Part shown: positions 22,735-36,914 of the stretch, one piece after another | How positions within the stretch are numbered: the stretch's first letter is position 1 | Layout of the letters: the number at the start of each line of letters is the position of its first letter | Origin: Mobula hypostoma | Lineage: Eukaryota | Direction: 5' to 3' | DNA: 64,000 nt | NCBI RefSeq assembly: GCF_963921235.1 | Contig: NC_086097.1 | Location: 184,638,001-184,702,000 of the forward strand | Made by a program: the position numbers and the translations under genes | Notes under the pieces: model-generated | The model's input: the letters and a program-made list of their open reading frames with translations, nothing else | Database searches by the model: none | What the model was told of the DNA's origin: nothing

Positions 22735-25460
22735 CACATCTCAGGTTCTGTAGATAGGTGGATTAGCAGCTTTGTAGATGACAGCAAGATTGATGGAGTT
22801 GTGGACCATGTAAAGGACTACCAAAGAATGTTGCGGAATGTAGATCAGTTACAGATGTGGTTAGGGAAGGGGCAGATGGAGTTTAATTTGGGCAAGTTTG
22901 TGGTATTGCACCTTAGGGGATCAAAAAAAATGTGAAAGTATAAGTTAATTGTAGAGCCGTTAATAGCGTTGAGGTACAGAGGGATCTGGGCATGAGGGAT
23001 GTGCTGGCATTGGAGATAGTCCGGAATAGATTCATGAGAATGACCATGGGAATGAAAGGGTTAACATATGAGCAGCATTTGATGGCTCTGGGCCTGTACT
23101 CATAAGATGAGTGAGTGGGGATCTCATTGATACCTATTGAATATTGAAATGCCTATTTAGAGCAGATGTAAGGAGGGCACTTCTTATAGCAGAGGAGTCT
23201 AGGACCAGATAAAAAAATGTCCTTTTAGAACGTAGATAAGAAGGAATTTCTTTATTCAGAGGATGGTGGATCTGAGGAATTCATTTCCACAGACAACTGT
23301 GGAGGGCAAATCACTGGGTATATTTAATGCAGAGGTAGATAGGTTCTTGTTTAGTAAAGGCATCAAAGGTTACAGGGAGAAGGCAAGGGAATGTTATTTT
23401 GAGGGATAAATAACAATAATAGAATGGCAGTGCAGACTCAATGAACTGAATGGCCTAATTCTGCTCCTATGTCTTTGTCAAGCCTCGCACTCAGCTAACA
23501 AAAGTCATGGATTTCATTACAGATTTGCCACTTTACGATGGGGCCATGGCGATCATGCCAAGGTGGCCTACTTCATTGTTTTTAGTGGAAGTTTGCTGAG
23601 ACAGTGGACCTGATTCTCCAACATATAGTTCACCTCCATGACTTTCCTCAAAATATTGCATCTTGGGGCACACTGGGGCTTACAATTCATCTTCTGTTGC
23701 TGCTGAGCCTTCTGCTTCTTCCTGCACACCTCAGTGAACTTGTCCTCTTGGTATCCTTAGTGAACTTGTCCAACGGTCAATCAGAAAAGAGCCAATCAAC
23801 AAGTGGAGAAATTTCTGCGATGCTTCGCCACCTCTAACCCTTTCACGTGGAAGAAGTGTCTACTCTCAACTGAAGCGTCCTACAATCTACACACCTCCTC
23901 TGGCACAGGTATGTTACCCTTTGAAGTGCTTCATGGCTACCAACAGAGGAGCCAACGGTGGAGGTACCATCCACCAGGGCCCTAGTTTGTTGTGGCAAAA
24001 TGCTTGAAGAGGGCACAGAGGGCCATCCTAGCTGCTAATCGTGCCTTCTTCCACCAGGCTAACTGCCATTGTTGCCCAGCCAGTCTACTTCGGCCTGGTG
24101 ACCGTGTCTGGCTGTCCACCCAAGATCTGCTCCTCCATACCAACTCCTACAAGCTCTTGTCCCAGTTCGTTAGTCCCATCACATTAATACAGTCACTTAC
24201 CATCTAACCTGCTATTCCTCAGGATCACACCTGCCTTCCATGTGTCCTGTATCAACCCCGTTGTTCATGGAACATTCAGCCTACCTGAGCCTGCACCTCC
24301 AGAACCAAGAATGTCAGAAGGTGCTCCAGTGCACACGGATAGCTGGTGAACAAGGTGTGCAGTACCTGGTCAACTGGGAAGCATATGGCCTGGGAAAAAG
24401 GTCTTGGGTACCATTCAATTTCATCTTGGATCTGTCACTTATCGAGGAGTTCCACTGGACCCACCTAGATCATTCTGGGCCATCAGGTGCTAGCTGTAGA
24501 GGGTAGGAGGTTCCAGTGAGGTCTGCATATGTAGGCACCTCCCAGTCTCCATCCAGCAAACAGGAGTACCTGCCACTCATTTCCAACCAATCACCTGCAG
24601 CCTATTTAAACCCAGCTCTCATACACAATCCTTGTTCAATCATATGAACCAGCCAGCCTCAACCAGTAGCTCCTAGCCATCAGTTACCTTGTTGCGTTAA
24701 GTAGCTGTTCTCTCTTATTTCACATGGCCCCTCATGGCTTGTTTTTTTTTAAGCAGTTTATTAGTAAAATATCATTTACTGCTAAATCGTCATCACTGCT
24801 CTGCTTGTATGTCAAACCTCCTCTATATTTCCTGTTTGTCTTATGGTCTTTAGGCTTATGGATCCAAGTGCATAGTTCACTGAAAGTGGATACAAGTGCA
24901 CAAGGTGGTAAAAGTGTTTAGAATGATTTCCTTCATTGGTGGTGGTGTTGAGTATAAGAATATGGAAGCCTATTTAAAACTGTACTCAGACCACACTTGG
25001 AGTATTTTGTGCAGTTGTGGTCACTCAATTATATGAAGGTTGTGGAGACTGGAACAGCGGGAGAAGTTAATCGGATGCTACTTGGATTAGATGAATAAGC
25101 TACGGAAAGTTTGGACAAACTCGAGTTGTTCTGAAAGGCATGTTCATCTCTACCCTGGGGAGATGAAAACGCAAGAGAACATGCTTTTTAGGTTTAAGTG
25201 GGGCATGTTTAACGAAGGAATGAAAATCAGTTTTTATTACACAGAGATTCGTCGTCGTGTAAAATATGTTACCAGGGGTAGTAGTGGAATCAGGCAGTTT
25301 GGTGGAGTTCAAGAGGCTTCCTGAAAGGCATGTGAATATAAAGAAAATGGAGAGGTGTGGATGATGCATAGGAGGAGGAGATTTAGTACCAATTGGCATC
25401 AAGTTTGGCACAATATTGTGGGCTGAATGGCCTGTCCCGCGCCTTACCCTTCTATGTATT
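22735..25460 (+). mobile_element. CR1 3' fragment containing a second CR1 3' fragment (22991-24850), which in turn contains a Gypsy fragment
   Basis: ISSFVDDSKI...WQMEFN..K..VLH breaks at about 22990 (QRDLG) and resumes at about 24860 (IQVHSSLKV). Confidence 0.75.
23475..24835 (+). mobile_element. 3' part of a chromodomain-bearing Gypsy element (integrase, chromodomain, PPT, 3' LTR)
   Basis: MDFITDLP, SNGQSE, TGMLPFEVLHGYQ, GDRVWLST and chromodomain QYLVNWEAYG...SWVP..ILD..LIEEFH. Purine tract AGAGGGGTAGGAGG at about 24498-24511, then LTR-like sequence with CCAATC and TATTTAA. Confidence 0.82.
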
Positions 25461-25544
25461 ACGTAATAGGAGTAGTACTGGACCTGATGGCCTGTACTCT
25501 CGGGTTTTAAGTCAGCTGGCTCCAAAGGTATTGGATGCATCACT

Positions 25545-26597
25545 TTTGATCTATGAAAATTCTCTGTAGATGGGAGAAAAGCCAAAATGAATACCTATTC
25601 AAGAAAAGAGGGAGTGGAAAAAGGGTGGAATGATTGGCCAATTAGTCTGCATTCAGTTTTCAGGAAAAAAGATGGACTCTTATTAAGGAAGTGGAAACAA
25701 ACATAGATTATACAAAAGAAAGAGGCAACTTTGATTAATTAAATAGATACAGTGTTTGACATATTTCTTAGTCCTTTGAGAATGATACTAGCTGGTTAGA
25801 TAAAAAGTAATTCACTGGATACAGTGTATTTAGGTTTTCAAAATTCATTTGATAACATGCCATATAAAATGATAGTTGCAAAAGATAAACAAGAAAGGGC
25901 TCGGGGAATTGGGAATTGTATATTAGTATGGACAGAGAGTTAGTTAATGAACAGAAAACTGAATATAAGAATAATCATATCATTTTGAGGCTGTCAGACT
26001 TAACTAGTGGCGTGCTACAAAGATCAATGCTCAGGACTTACCTATTTAAAATCTATTTTTTGACTTTGGTTAAAAGGCTGTGGGTAGCTATCTTTATTTT
26101 TGCTGATGATACCTAACAAGGGAAAGAAGCTAACTTGATGAAGATGTATGCACAGATTAAATAAACAGGAATGAGAATGACATAAACAGTAAATACAGCA
26201 GAGATTATTCACCTTGTGGCAAAATTACTAAAAAAAGGACATCTTTGGCCAAAGAACTGTTCAGTGTTCATACTCTAAAGGATTTGTGTGCTCTTGTATC
26301 TGAATTGCAGTACGTTGATTATCATGAACAGTAAGCTTTAACAAAAGAAAATAATATATTGAAGTCTTGTTGCATTTTGGGGTCCAATGGGCAACAGTGT
26401 TTAGTTTTGATTGGAGAAGGATATCATGTACTGTATAATTAGGAATAGCGCAAAGGTTCAGTGGCTTGATGGATCCTTGAATTGACAAGGATTTATAAAG
26501 TGAAATTGTAAAGTAGGAGGATATGGAGATCATAGAAATGCGGAAAATATAGAATAATCTCAGGGATTTCAGTGTTATCCTTGGAGCAGAGAGGTTA
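25545..26597 (+). mobile_element. Old CR1 RT fragment; its 3' end probably resumes at about 47616-47830
   Basis: Decayed P.FKK, YL.FQ..FD, TSGVLQRSML, FADDT. Confidence 0.65.
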
Positions 26598-26658
26598 CAA
26601 AACACAAGAAATTCTGCAGATGCTGGAAACCCAGAGTAACATACACAAAATGCTATAG

Positions 26659-26871
26659 TGTAGGTTTTCACAAATAAAAATGGCAGGGTTGTTTTATGTT
26701 TGTGAAAAGCCATAGCAACTTATTTATTGTACTCCAATCACAATACAAAGTGCGGTAAAATACTTCAGGTAATTACGTCATCACATCAGACCAGCCACTT
26801 AAGGTGAACCCTGACTCTATGTAGGTGATTTTGAATTATGAACGTTTCCACCAATTACATTACTCCACACA
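26659..26871 (-). repeat. Gypsy 3' LTR
   Basis: TG...CA ends, adjacent polypurine tract, homologous to 47400-47615. Confidence 0.8.
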
Positions 26872-28834
26872 GGTCCCCCTCACCACCCCCACCCACACAA
26901 TTCACTAAAACTGACATTGTGAGCCTGTCCGGAGCTTGGACGAGCCAACGGGTGGAGGAGCAGCAGGTACCTCTGGCTCACCCAGAGCTGTGTTGACATA
27001 CTCATAGACATGTTGTAATGGCAGGGGCACGGTAGCAGAATCCTCCAAACCTTGATGAGCCGGTTTAAGGCAATCTACGGAAATACGTTCAGGTTTATAC
27101 CTCTTATATATGATAAAAGTCTTTTCTCTCTGTTCCAAAATGCAGAATGGGCCACTGTAAGGGGGCCTAAGGGGATGTTGGTGTACATCATGGCAGATGA
27201 AAACAAACGAAACAGAATCTAGGTTAACAGGTACCCAAGAGTGCTGTATGCCATGGTGATGGCAGGAATAGGTGCAAACGAATTGAATTTGCTGAAGAGG
27301 GTGGTACATTGTTGAGAGGCGGTTGTGGCAAGACGAGTAAAATCAGCAGGACTCGCAATGGCTGCCTATATACCAGCTCACATAGACAACTGCAGCTCCT
27401 CTTTCTGAGCTTTTCTCAGCCCCAGACTTCAAAAGGTGCCGATGGTGCCCAAACATGGTGGTTAATTTTTGCCCACTGGCACTCCCCTCAGGCTGCAGCC
27501 TGATCAGGCCATCCTATCGAAGGTCATGCTACACAGACTTTAGTGAAACCAGTTTCCATGAGGCCTTCCGGCCCAGGTGCGAGGGACCACATATAGATTC
27601 AGAAAGAGTCAGTCTCCAGTTTGCAGGCACTATGGGTGAGGGCGACTGGTTGAGACATCACACAGGAGAGAAATCCCAGCTTCCCCGACCTTATTGTCAG
27701 CTAACCACAGGCCTGTGACTGATGTTCTGTAAGCCTGAAGCTCCGCGTCAATAGCTTGATCAGCTGCCATGCTGGCATAGTCAACCCCTATGCATATGGC
27801 CTCAACGGATGGCTGTGAGAGACAATCAGCCAGGGCATTATTTTTCCCCTTGACATGTTGTATATCAGTTGTGAACTCTGATATGCAGGCTGGATGTGAT
27901 TGCTGCCATGCAGACCAAGGATCTGATATTTTGACCATCACGTGCATGAAAGGTCTGTGGTCAATCGACACTGTGAAATGGGGACTCTTGTGAAGAAAAT
28001 GAAAATGGTGGACAGCCAGTAAGTGACCGAGAAGCTCACGGTCAAACATGCTGAGCTTCCTTTCGGGGTGGGAGGGGGGGAATGAAGCTGCCAGCTGAAG
28101 AAGGTGAGGGGCTGCCACACACCTCAGACCAGCTGTTTGTGCACAGCACCCACAACACAGTCTGAAGTGTCAGTAGTGATGGCTATAGGTGCGTTGGGGA
28201 GTGGGTGCACCAGTAGGGTTGCATTTGAAAGAGCTTGTTTGGTATCATCAAATACCCTGGTCATGTCCACTGTCCAGTCAAGCACGTGATTATGGGTATT
28301 GCCTTAAAGCACACTATACAGGGGGAGCATAAGTTCAGCAGCTCGCAGAATGAAGCGGTGATAGAAATTCACCATGCCTAAAAACTCATGTAGCTTTTTA
28401 GTAGTGTGGAGCAGTGGGAAATCCATAACAGCAACTAATTTTGATGGAAGGGGTTTCACACCTTCTGCAGAGATGCAATGGCTGAGAAAGGCAATTGTTG
28501 GTAACCCACACTAGCATTTAGAAGGGTTAATAATCAACCTGAGTTGGCTTAAGTGCTTGAAGAGTGCGGAGATGGGATACGTGTTTGGGTTTGGAGGAAT
28601 TGGTGCCAAGTTTGTTATCCAGGTAGACAAACAGAAAATCGAAGTCTTTTAATACAGAGTTCATCAACCATCAGAAAGTCTGTGATGCATTTTTCAGCCC
28701 AAATGGCATGCGCAAAAATGCAGAGGCCAAATGGGGTCGCTGCAGCCATTTTGAGAATGTCCACTGTGCATGCAGGCACCTAATTGTAGTCCCTAACAAA
28801 ACTGACTTTGGAAAAAAATAACTTTCTGTGTGCC

Positions 28835-30478
28835 AGAGGTCCATGAGTGTCAGGGAGCAGGAGTGAGTGCCATTTCTATTACAAAGGAAAAAGTGCTAGG
28901 CAAACTCAAAGATCTTAAGATGGATAAGTCATCTGGGCCATATGGACTACATCCCAAGAGTACTGAGAATGGTTGCTGAAGAGATAACAGATGCTTTGGT
29001 CATGATCTTTCAAGAATCACTTGATTCAGGTGTGGCTCCAGAGGACAGGAAAATTACAGATGTCAATCCATTCTTAAGAATGGAGGAAGGCAAAAGAAAG
29101 GAAATTATAGGTCAGTTAGCCCAACCTCAGTTGTTGGGAAAGTGTTATAGTCTATTATTAAGGACGAGGTTTTGGGGTACTTGGAGACTAATGATAAAAT
29201 AATTCAAAGTTAGCAAAGGGAAATCTTGCCTGACAAATCTGTTAGAGTTCTTTGAGGAAGTAACAAGCAGGATGGACTAAATAGAGGCAGTGGATGTCAT
29301 TTACTTGGATTTTCAGAAGGCATTTGATAAGGTGTCACACATGAGGCTGCTTAGCAAGATAAAATCCTACAGTATCACAGGAAAGATACTGGCATGGATA
29401 GAGGAATGGCTAACAGGCAGGAGGTAGCAAGTGGGAATAAAAGGGGCCTTTTCTGGTTGGCTGCCGGTGACTAGTGGTGTTCCTCAGGGGTCGGTATTGG
29501 GACCGCTGATTTTCACATTGTTTGTCATCGATTTAGATAATGGAATTGATGATCTTGTGGCAAAGTTTGCAGATGATATGAAGATAGGTGGAGGGGTAGG
29601 TAGTGCTGAGGAAGTAATGCGATCGCAGCAGGACTTCGACAAATTGGAAGAATGGGTAAAAAAGTAGCAGATGGAATACAATGTTGGGAAATGTATGATA
29701 ATACATTTTGATAAAAGCAATAATCATGCAAACTATTATCTAAATGGGGAGAAGATTCAAGCATCAGAGGTACAGAGGGACTTAGGCATCCTTGTGCAAG
29801 ACTCCCAGAAGGTTAATTTGCAGGTTGAGTCTATAGTAAAGAAGGCAAATGCAATGTTGGCATTTATTTCAAGGGAAAGAGAATGTAAAAGCAAGGAAAT
29901 GATGCTGAGGCTTTATAAGACACTAGTCAGTTCACACTTGGCATATTGGCAAATGTTTTGAGCCCCATATCTCAGAACGGATGTATTGTCATTGGAGACA
30001 GTCCAGAGGAGGCTCAAAAGGATAATTCCAGGAATGAAGAGGTTAATATATGAGGAGCATTTGGCAGCTTTGAACCTGTACTCACTGGAATTTAGAAGAG
30101 TGCTTGGGGATCTCACTGAAACCTACCAGATGTTGAAAGGACTAGATAAGGTGGATGGGAGAGGATGTTTCCAGTGGTGGGGGTATCCAGAACTACAGGG
30201 CACAACCTCAAAATTGAGGGGTGACCTTTTGGAACAGAGGTAAAGCGAAATTTTTTTAACCAGAGAGTAGTGAATCTGTAGAATGCTCTGCCACAGACCC
30301 CGATGGAGGCCAACACCGTGAGTATATTCAAAGCAGATAGTTTCCTGATTGGATAGGGCATCAAAGGGTATGGCGAGAAGGCAGGTCTATGGGGTTGAGT
30401 GGAATCCATGATGGACTGGCGGAGCAGACTCGATGGGCTGAATGGCCTAATTCTGCTCCTATGTCTCAGGGTCTTATG
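28835..30478 (+). mobile_element. 5'-truncated CR1 LINE inserted in Gypsy pol
   Basis: [35 protein letters not shown], and tail GGCCTAATTCTGCTCCTATGTCT. Confidence 0.9.
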
Positions 30479-31261
30479 AATATGTTGTATATTAGTTTTG
30501 AACTCAGATATGTAGGCCAATTGGCTTTAACAGAGGTTAACAGTCTTTGCACACAAAGGAAATCTGCACCAAGCAGAGGTCTAGAATTCCCATGGGTATG
30601 TTGCCCACTGAAGCAGAGTGCCACCCGTCGTGTGCTGTCGTGCTGTATCCTGCTGCTGCTGGCGGCCTCCCGCGAGGTTTTGTCTCATTGCCTTCTCATT
30701 CATAGGCGATACTGTCAGCATGCGCACTTGAGCACCTGTGTCACACAGGAAGCGATGCCCTGGAAGTGTGTCTGTGATGAACAGTTGACAACTCCAGCAG
30801 CTGGAACCCCCACTGTTCACAGATCTCTGATGTCCCAACACCTGGCACTGTCAAAGCTGCAAGGCCATTGGCACCTCATAGCATTCATATCATAGCGAGT
30901 GTGGCACAGGCCTGGCATCGTCTGTTTCATAACTGCTGGTATCCTTATGCTGGTGGCCTTGCTGACTGGACCTATTGAGGGAGAGAAAGGAGGAGGAATG
31001 ATGCACCACTGTCCAGCTACGTGTAGACTATCAGCCATTTTAGCAAGCTCCCTAAAGTCCTTCATGGGTGCATCAGGAAGGGATATGTGAACTTAATCAA
31101 TCATTTGCTGCATGAAGACTTCTTTAAAAATAAAGAACTTATTTTTTTTCAGCAGTTTGATCGAGGCACAACTGCATAAGCACGTGGACATCAGCGAGTT
31201 AGACCAGTGGGAAGGATTTTAAAAGAAGGCAACTTTATAGAGTGGGCAATGGTGTAGGAGG

Positions 31262-31815
31262 AACACACATCAAAGTTGCTGGTGAACGCAGCAGACCAGG
31301 CAGCATCTCTAGGAAGAGGTACAGTCGACGTTTCAGGCCGAGACCAGATGGCATGAACATCGACTTCTCTAACTTCTGCTAATGCCCCATCTCCCCCTCG
31401 TACCCCATCTGTTACTTATTTTTATACACACATTCTTTCTCTCACTCTCCTTTTTTCTCCCTCTGTCCCTCTGAATATACCCCTTGCCCATCCTCTGGGT
31501 TCCCCCCCCCACCGCTTTGTCTTTCTTCCCGGACCTCCTGTCCCATGATCCTCTCGTATCCCTTTTGCCAATCACCTGTCCAGCTCTTGGCTCCATCCCT
31601 CCCCCTCCTGTCTTCTCCTATCATTTTGGATCTCCCCCTCCCCCTCCAACTTTCAAATCTCTTACTCACTCTTCCTTCAGTTAGTCCTGACGAAGGATCT
31701 CAGCCTGAAACGTCGACTGTACCTCTTCCTAGAGATGCTGCCTGGCCTGCTGCGTTCACCAGCAACTTTGATGTGTGTTGCTTGAATTTCCAGCATCTGC
31801 AGAATTCTTGTTGTT
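31262..31815 (+). mobile_element. Penelope element C: short 3' fragment with ~85-bp inverted terminal copy
   Basis: 14-bp TSD AATGG(T/A)GTAGGAGG (31248-31261, 31816-31829). Inverted arm at 31262-31345. Confidence 0.9.
31683..31718 (+). ncRNA. Minimal hammerhead ribozyme, intact core
   Basis: AGTC CTGACGA AGG-ATCTCAG-CCT GAAAC GTC GACT. Differences from 15226-15261 are confined to loop II. Confidence 0.82.
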
Positions 31816-32729
31816 AATGGAGTAGGAGGGCTTTGGCTCAATGGGGCTTAGGCGAAAGTGGTTTGAGGCCAGGTAAGTTACTTGTGAGGAATAGGAATTA
31901 TGTCTGTGAGGCTGGTGTTCTGTATTAGCTGTCAGATGTGGGATGTCCGGGAAACACCCAGCCTCCCAGATGGCCACATCTGCGCCAGGTGCGTTGAGCT
32001 GCAGCTCCTTAGGGAACTGGACATGCAGCTCGATGATCTTTGTCTGGTCAGGGAAAGTGAGGATGTGATAGAGAGGAGCTATCCTCACAAGTAGTTACAC
32101 TGGGGCCTTCGAAGACAGATAAATGGGTAACAGTCAGGAGAGGGAAGGGTAAGAGTTAGATTGTAGGGAGTACCCCAGTGGCTGTCCCCCTTAACAATAA
32201 GTACTCTTGTTTGAGTACTGTTGGGGGCGGTGGGGGGGACCTACCTGGGGAAAGCAACAGTGGTCGTGCCTCTGGTACAGAGTCTGGCCCTGTGGCTCAG
32301 AAGGGTAGGGAAAGGAAGAGGATGGCAGCAGTGATAGGGGACTCTATAGCTAGAGGGTCAGACAGGAGATTCTGTGGATGCAGGAAAGATACTAGGATGG
32401 TAGTTTGCCTCCCAGGTGCCAGGGTCTGGGATGTTTCTGATCGGAGTCCACGATATATTCGGCAGTTGAACGGGGCACGACTGCGCAAGAGCGTGTAAAT
32501 TGGACCGTGAGGCAGTGGGAGTGTTTAAAAGTGAGAAGATTAAAGGAGCAGATGACGAAGATTAATGGAGCGGGCGACGTTGTAGCGGGCAACGGAGTAG
32601 AGGGAGACAGAGTAGGAAGGCTTTGGCTCGAGAGACTTCGGCGAGAAGAGGCTGAGGACCAGCTTCAATCCAAGTGAGGTAAGGCCGGGTAAGTTCCTTA
32701 AATTAACTTAATTACCTTAAGAGTAGGTA

Positions 32730-33640
32730 ATGGAGGCAGCAGTTAGGACAGTCGAGTGCTCCGTTTGCAGTATGTGGGAAGTCAGGGCGAGCACAATTGT
32801 CCCTGGTGACTACACCTGTGAAAGGTGCATCCAGCTGCAGCTCCTGACAAACTGAGTTAGGGAACTGGACCTGGAGCTGGATGAACTTTGGATCATTCGG
32901 GAAGCAGAGGCAGAAATGCACAGGAGTTACAGGGAGGTGGTCACCCCTAAGAGTCAGGAGACAGGTAGTTGGGTGACTGTCAGGAGAGGGAAGGGGAATA
33001 GACAGAATGAGCAGAGCACCCCTGTGGCCGTTCCCACCAATAATAAGTACACCGTTTTGGATACTGTTGATACAGGGACAAGTTGAAGTGGTTGTGGCTC
33101 TGGTACCGAGACGGGACCCTCAGCTCAGAAGGGACGGAGGGAAAAGAGGAGAGTAGTAGTGATAGGGGATTCGATAGTTAGGGGGACAGATAAGAGGTTC
33201 TGTGGAAGAGATCGAGAATCCCTGGTGCCAAGGTCCGCGATATCTCGGATCGAGTTCTCAGTATTCTCAAGAGGGAGGGTGAGCAGCCGGATGTCGTGGT
33301 CCATGTAGGAACCAATGAGGTGGGTAGGAAGAGTGAGGAGATCCTGAAAGGCGAGTTTAGGGAGTTCGGTGCCAAGTTAAAGGACAGGACCTCCAGGATA
33401 GCATTCTCAGGATTGCTACCAGTGCCACATGCAGGCGGGTTTAGAGATAGTAAGATAGCACAGATCAACACGTGGCTGAAGACATGGTGCAGGAAGGAGA
33501 GCTTCAGATTTACAGATAATTGGGCAGTTTTCCAGGGAAGATGGGACCTGTTCCGGCGGGATGGCTTACATCTGAACTGGAGGGGGACAAATATTCTTGC
33601 AGGTAGGTTTGCTAGAGAGGCTCCAGTGGATTTAAACTAG
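32730..33640 (+). pseudogene. CR1 ORF1 (zinc finger/leucine zipper + SGNH esterase)
   Basis: VECSVCSMWE...YTCERC, VIGDSIVRG, VHVGTNE, RDGLHLN. Contains an internal stop and a frameshift. Confidence 0.88.
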
Positions 33641-34841
33641 ATACAATGGGGGAGGAGAACCAGAGTGTAGGAACAGATGTAGGGGTGAAGGAAGAAAAAG
33701 GAGATAGTAAAGTTGTTTGCACTGTTAGTGATAAGCAGTGAGTAAGAGGTGGAAAATTTCTTAAATGCATTTATTTTAATGCTAGGAGCATTGTAAGAAA
33801 GGTGGATGAGCTTAAAGCATGGATTGATACCTGGAAGTATGATATTGTAGCTATTGGTGAAACATAGTTGCAGGACAGGTGTGATTGGCAACTAAATATT
33901 CTTGGATTTCATTGCTTCAGGTGTGATAGAATCAGAGGGACAAGGGGGGAGGTGTTGCATTGCTTGTCAGAGAAAATATTACAGCGGTGCTCTGGCAGGA
34001 TAGATTAGAGGGCTCGTCTAGGGAGGTTACTTGGGTGGAACTGAGGAATGGGAAAGGTGTAGAAACACTTATAGGGGTGTATTATGGACCACCAAATGGG
34101 GAGCAAGAATTGGAGGAGCAAATTTGTAAGGAGGTAGCAGATATTTTGCAGTAAGCACAAAGTTGTGATTGTGGGAGATTTGAATTTTCCACACATAGAC
34201 TGGGAAGCCCATACTGTAAAAGGGCTGGATGGTTTCGAGTTTGTAAGATGTGTGCAGGATAGTTTTTTGCAGCAAAACATAAAGGTACCAAGTAAAGAAG
34301 GTGCGGTGTTGAATCTCCTGTTAGGGAAGGAGATAGGTCAGGTGACAGAAGTTTGTGTTGGGGAGCACTTCGGGTCCAGTGATCACAATGCTATTAGTTT
34401 CAATATAATTATGGTGAAGGATAGGTCTGTATCCAAGGTTGAGATTTTTGATTGGAGAAAGGTTAACTTTAAGGAGATGTGAAAGGATTTAGAAGGAGTG
34501 GATTGGGACAATTTGTTTTATGGGAAGGATGTAATAGCGAAATGGAGGTCATTTAAAGGTGACATTTTGAGGGTACAGAATCTTTATGTTCCTGTTAGGT
34601 TGAAAGGAAAGGTTAAAAGTTTGAGAGAGCCATGGTTTTCAAGGGATATTGGAAACTTGGTTCAGAAAAAGACAGATATCTACAATAAATATAAGCAGCA
34701 TGGAGTAAATGAGGTGCTCGAGGAATATAAAGAATGTAAAAAGAATCTTAAGAAAGAAATTAGAAAAGCTAAAAGAAGATGCATGGTTGCTTTGGTAGGT
34801 AAGGTGAGAATAAATCCAAAAGGTTTCTACAGTTATATTAA

Positions 34842-35513
34842 CGGAGGAGGAGAAGATGGCAGCGCAACGCTGCACGCGCAGCCTCTCCGGTGAATAATAT
34901 CTGTAATCGGTCAAGTCGGGTACCATGCACAATTCTGATTTGATGGAGACAGATGTGACAGTATGGAGGAACATCTGGAGAAACTTCTGAAATGCCCACT
35001 TTGCTGCTGCTGCTACTGTGTGGTAACCGGAATCTCCGGAGCAGTAGGCCCTGAATCCTCAGCTTTGCTTGTTTCGGCAGCCGGGACTAGGATAAGGTGC
35101 TCGGCAGAGGATGGCATTCTGGAGGCTGGTCGGAGGCTAGAAGTTTTCAGATGGACGGACTCAGTGTCGGCTGTAGTCGGCTGCTTCCAATGCATCGGCA
35201 GTTGTCGCTGCCTGGAGGTTTATGGCAGGGAGTTTCTCCCTTTTGCTGCCTGCTATCGGGGACTCAGGAGTCGATCGAGACTTGAGTCTTTTTTTTACCC
35301 GTGCCCATGGTCTGTTCTTTATCAAATTATGGTATTGCTTTGCACTGCTGTAACTATATGTTATAATTACGTGGTTCTGTCAGTGTTAGTCTTTGGTTTG
35401 TCCTGTTTTTCTGTGATATCAGTCTGGAGGAACATTGTATCATTTCTTAATGCATGTATGCATTTCTAAATGACAATAAAAGAGGACAGAGTGTTCTCAT
35501 AATCTAATCTAAT
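34842..35513 (+). mobile_element. Non-autonomous retroposon inserted in CR1 ORF2
   Basis: Interrupts ...FYSYIN|SKR.... Starts GGAGGAGGAGAAGATGGC and ends AATAAA...(TAATC)n. Confidence 0.75.
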
Positions 35514-36914
35514 AGCAAAAGGATATTGAGGGGTAAAATTGGTCCTTTAGAGAATCAGAGTGGACAGGTATGTGCGGAGCCAAAAGAGATGGGGGAGATC
35601 TTAAACAATTTCTTTTCTTTGGTATCCACCAAGAAGAAGGATATTGAATTGTGTAATGTAAGGGAAACAGATAGAGAAGTTATTGAAACTATGATGATTA
35701 AAGAAGAGCAAGTACTGGTGCTTTTAAGGAATATAAATGTGGCTAAGTCTCCAGGTCCTGACAGGATATTCCCTAGGACCTTGAGGGAAGCTAGTGTGGA
35801 AATAGCAGGGGCTCTGACAGAAATATTTCAAATGTCATTAGAAACAGGAATGGTGCCAGAGGATTAGCTCATGTTGCTCCATTGTTTAAAAAGGGTTCTA
35901 AGAGTAAACCTAGCAATTATCGGCCTGTGAGTTTGACGTCAGTGGTGGGTAAATTGATGGAAAGTATTCTTAGAGATGGTATATATAATTATCTGGATAG
36001 ACAGGGTCTGATTAGGAACAGTCAACATGGATTTGTGCGTTGAAAGTCATGTTTGACAAATCTTATTGGATTTTTTGAAGAGGTTACTAGGAAAGTTGAC
36101 GAGGGTAAAGTGGTGGATGTTGTCTATATGGACTTCAGTAAGGCCTTTGACAAGGTTCCACACAGAAGGTTAGTTAGGAAGGTTCAATCGTCAGGTATTA
36201 ATATTCAAGTAGTAAAATAGATTCAGCAGTGACTGGATGGGAGATGCCAGAGAGTAGTGGTGGATAACTGTTTGTCAGATTGGAGGCCAGTGATTAGTGG
36301 TGTGTCTCAGGGATCTGTACTGGGTCCACTGTTGTTTGTCATATACATTAGTGATCTGGATGATAGGGTGGTAAATTGGATTAGTAAGTATGCAGATGAT
36401 ACTAAGATGGGTGGAGTTGTGGATAATTAAGTAGGTTTTCAAAGCTTGCAGAGAGATTTAGGCCAGTTAGAAGAGTGGGCTGAAAGATGGCAGATGGAGT
36501 TTAATGCTGATAAATGTGAGGTGCTACATTTTGGTAGGACTAATCAAAATAGGACATACATGGTAAATGGTAGGGCATTGAAGAATGCAGTAGAACAGAG
36601 GGATCTGGGAATAATGATGCATAGTTCCCTGAAGGTGGAATCTCATGTGGATAGGGTGGTGAAGAAAGCTTTTGATATGCTGGCCTTTATAAATCAGAGC
36701 ATTGAGTATAGGAGTTGGGATGTAATGTTGAAATTGTACAAGGCATTAGTGAGGCCAAATTTGGAGTATTGTGTACAGTTTTGGTCACCAAATTATAGGA
36801 AAGATGTCAACAAAATAGAGAGAGCACAGAGAAGATTTACTAGAATGTTAAGCAAGACACATAAAAGTTGCTGGTGAACGCAGCAGGCCAGGCAGCATCT
36901 CTAGGAAGAGGTAC

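Noticed and set aside
34963..35469. 168-aa Cys-rich ORF
   Set aside because: Lies wholly inside a short retroposon; no domain recognised.
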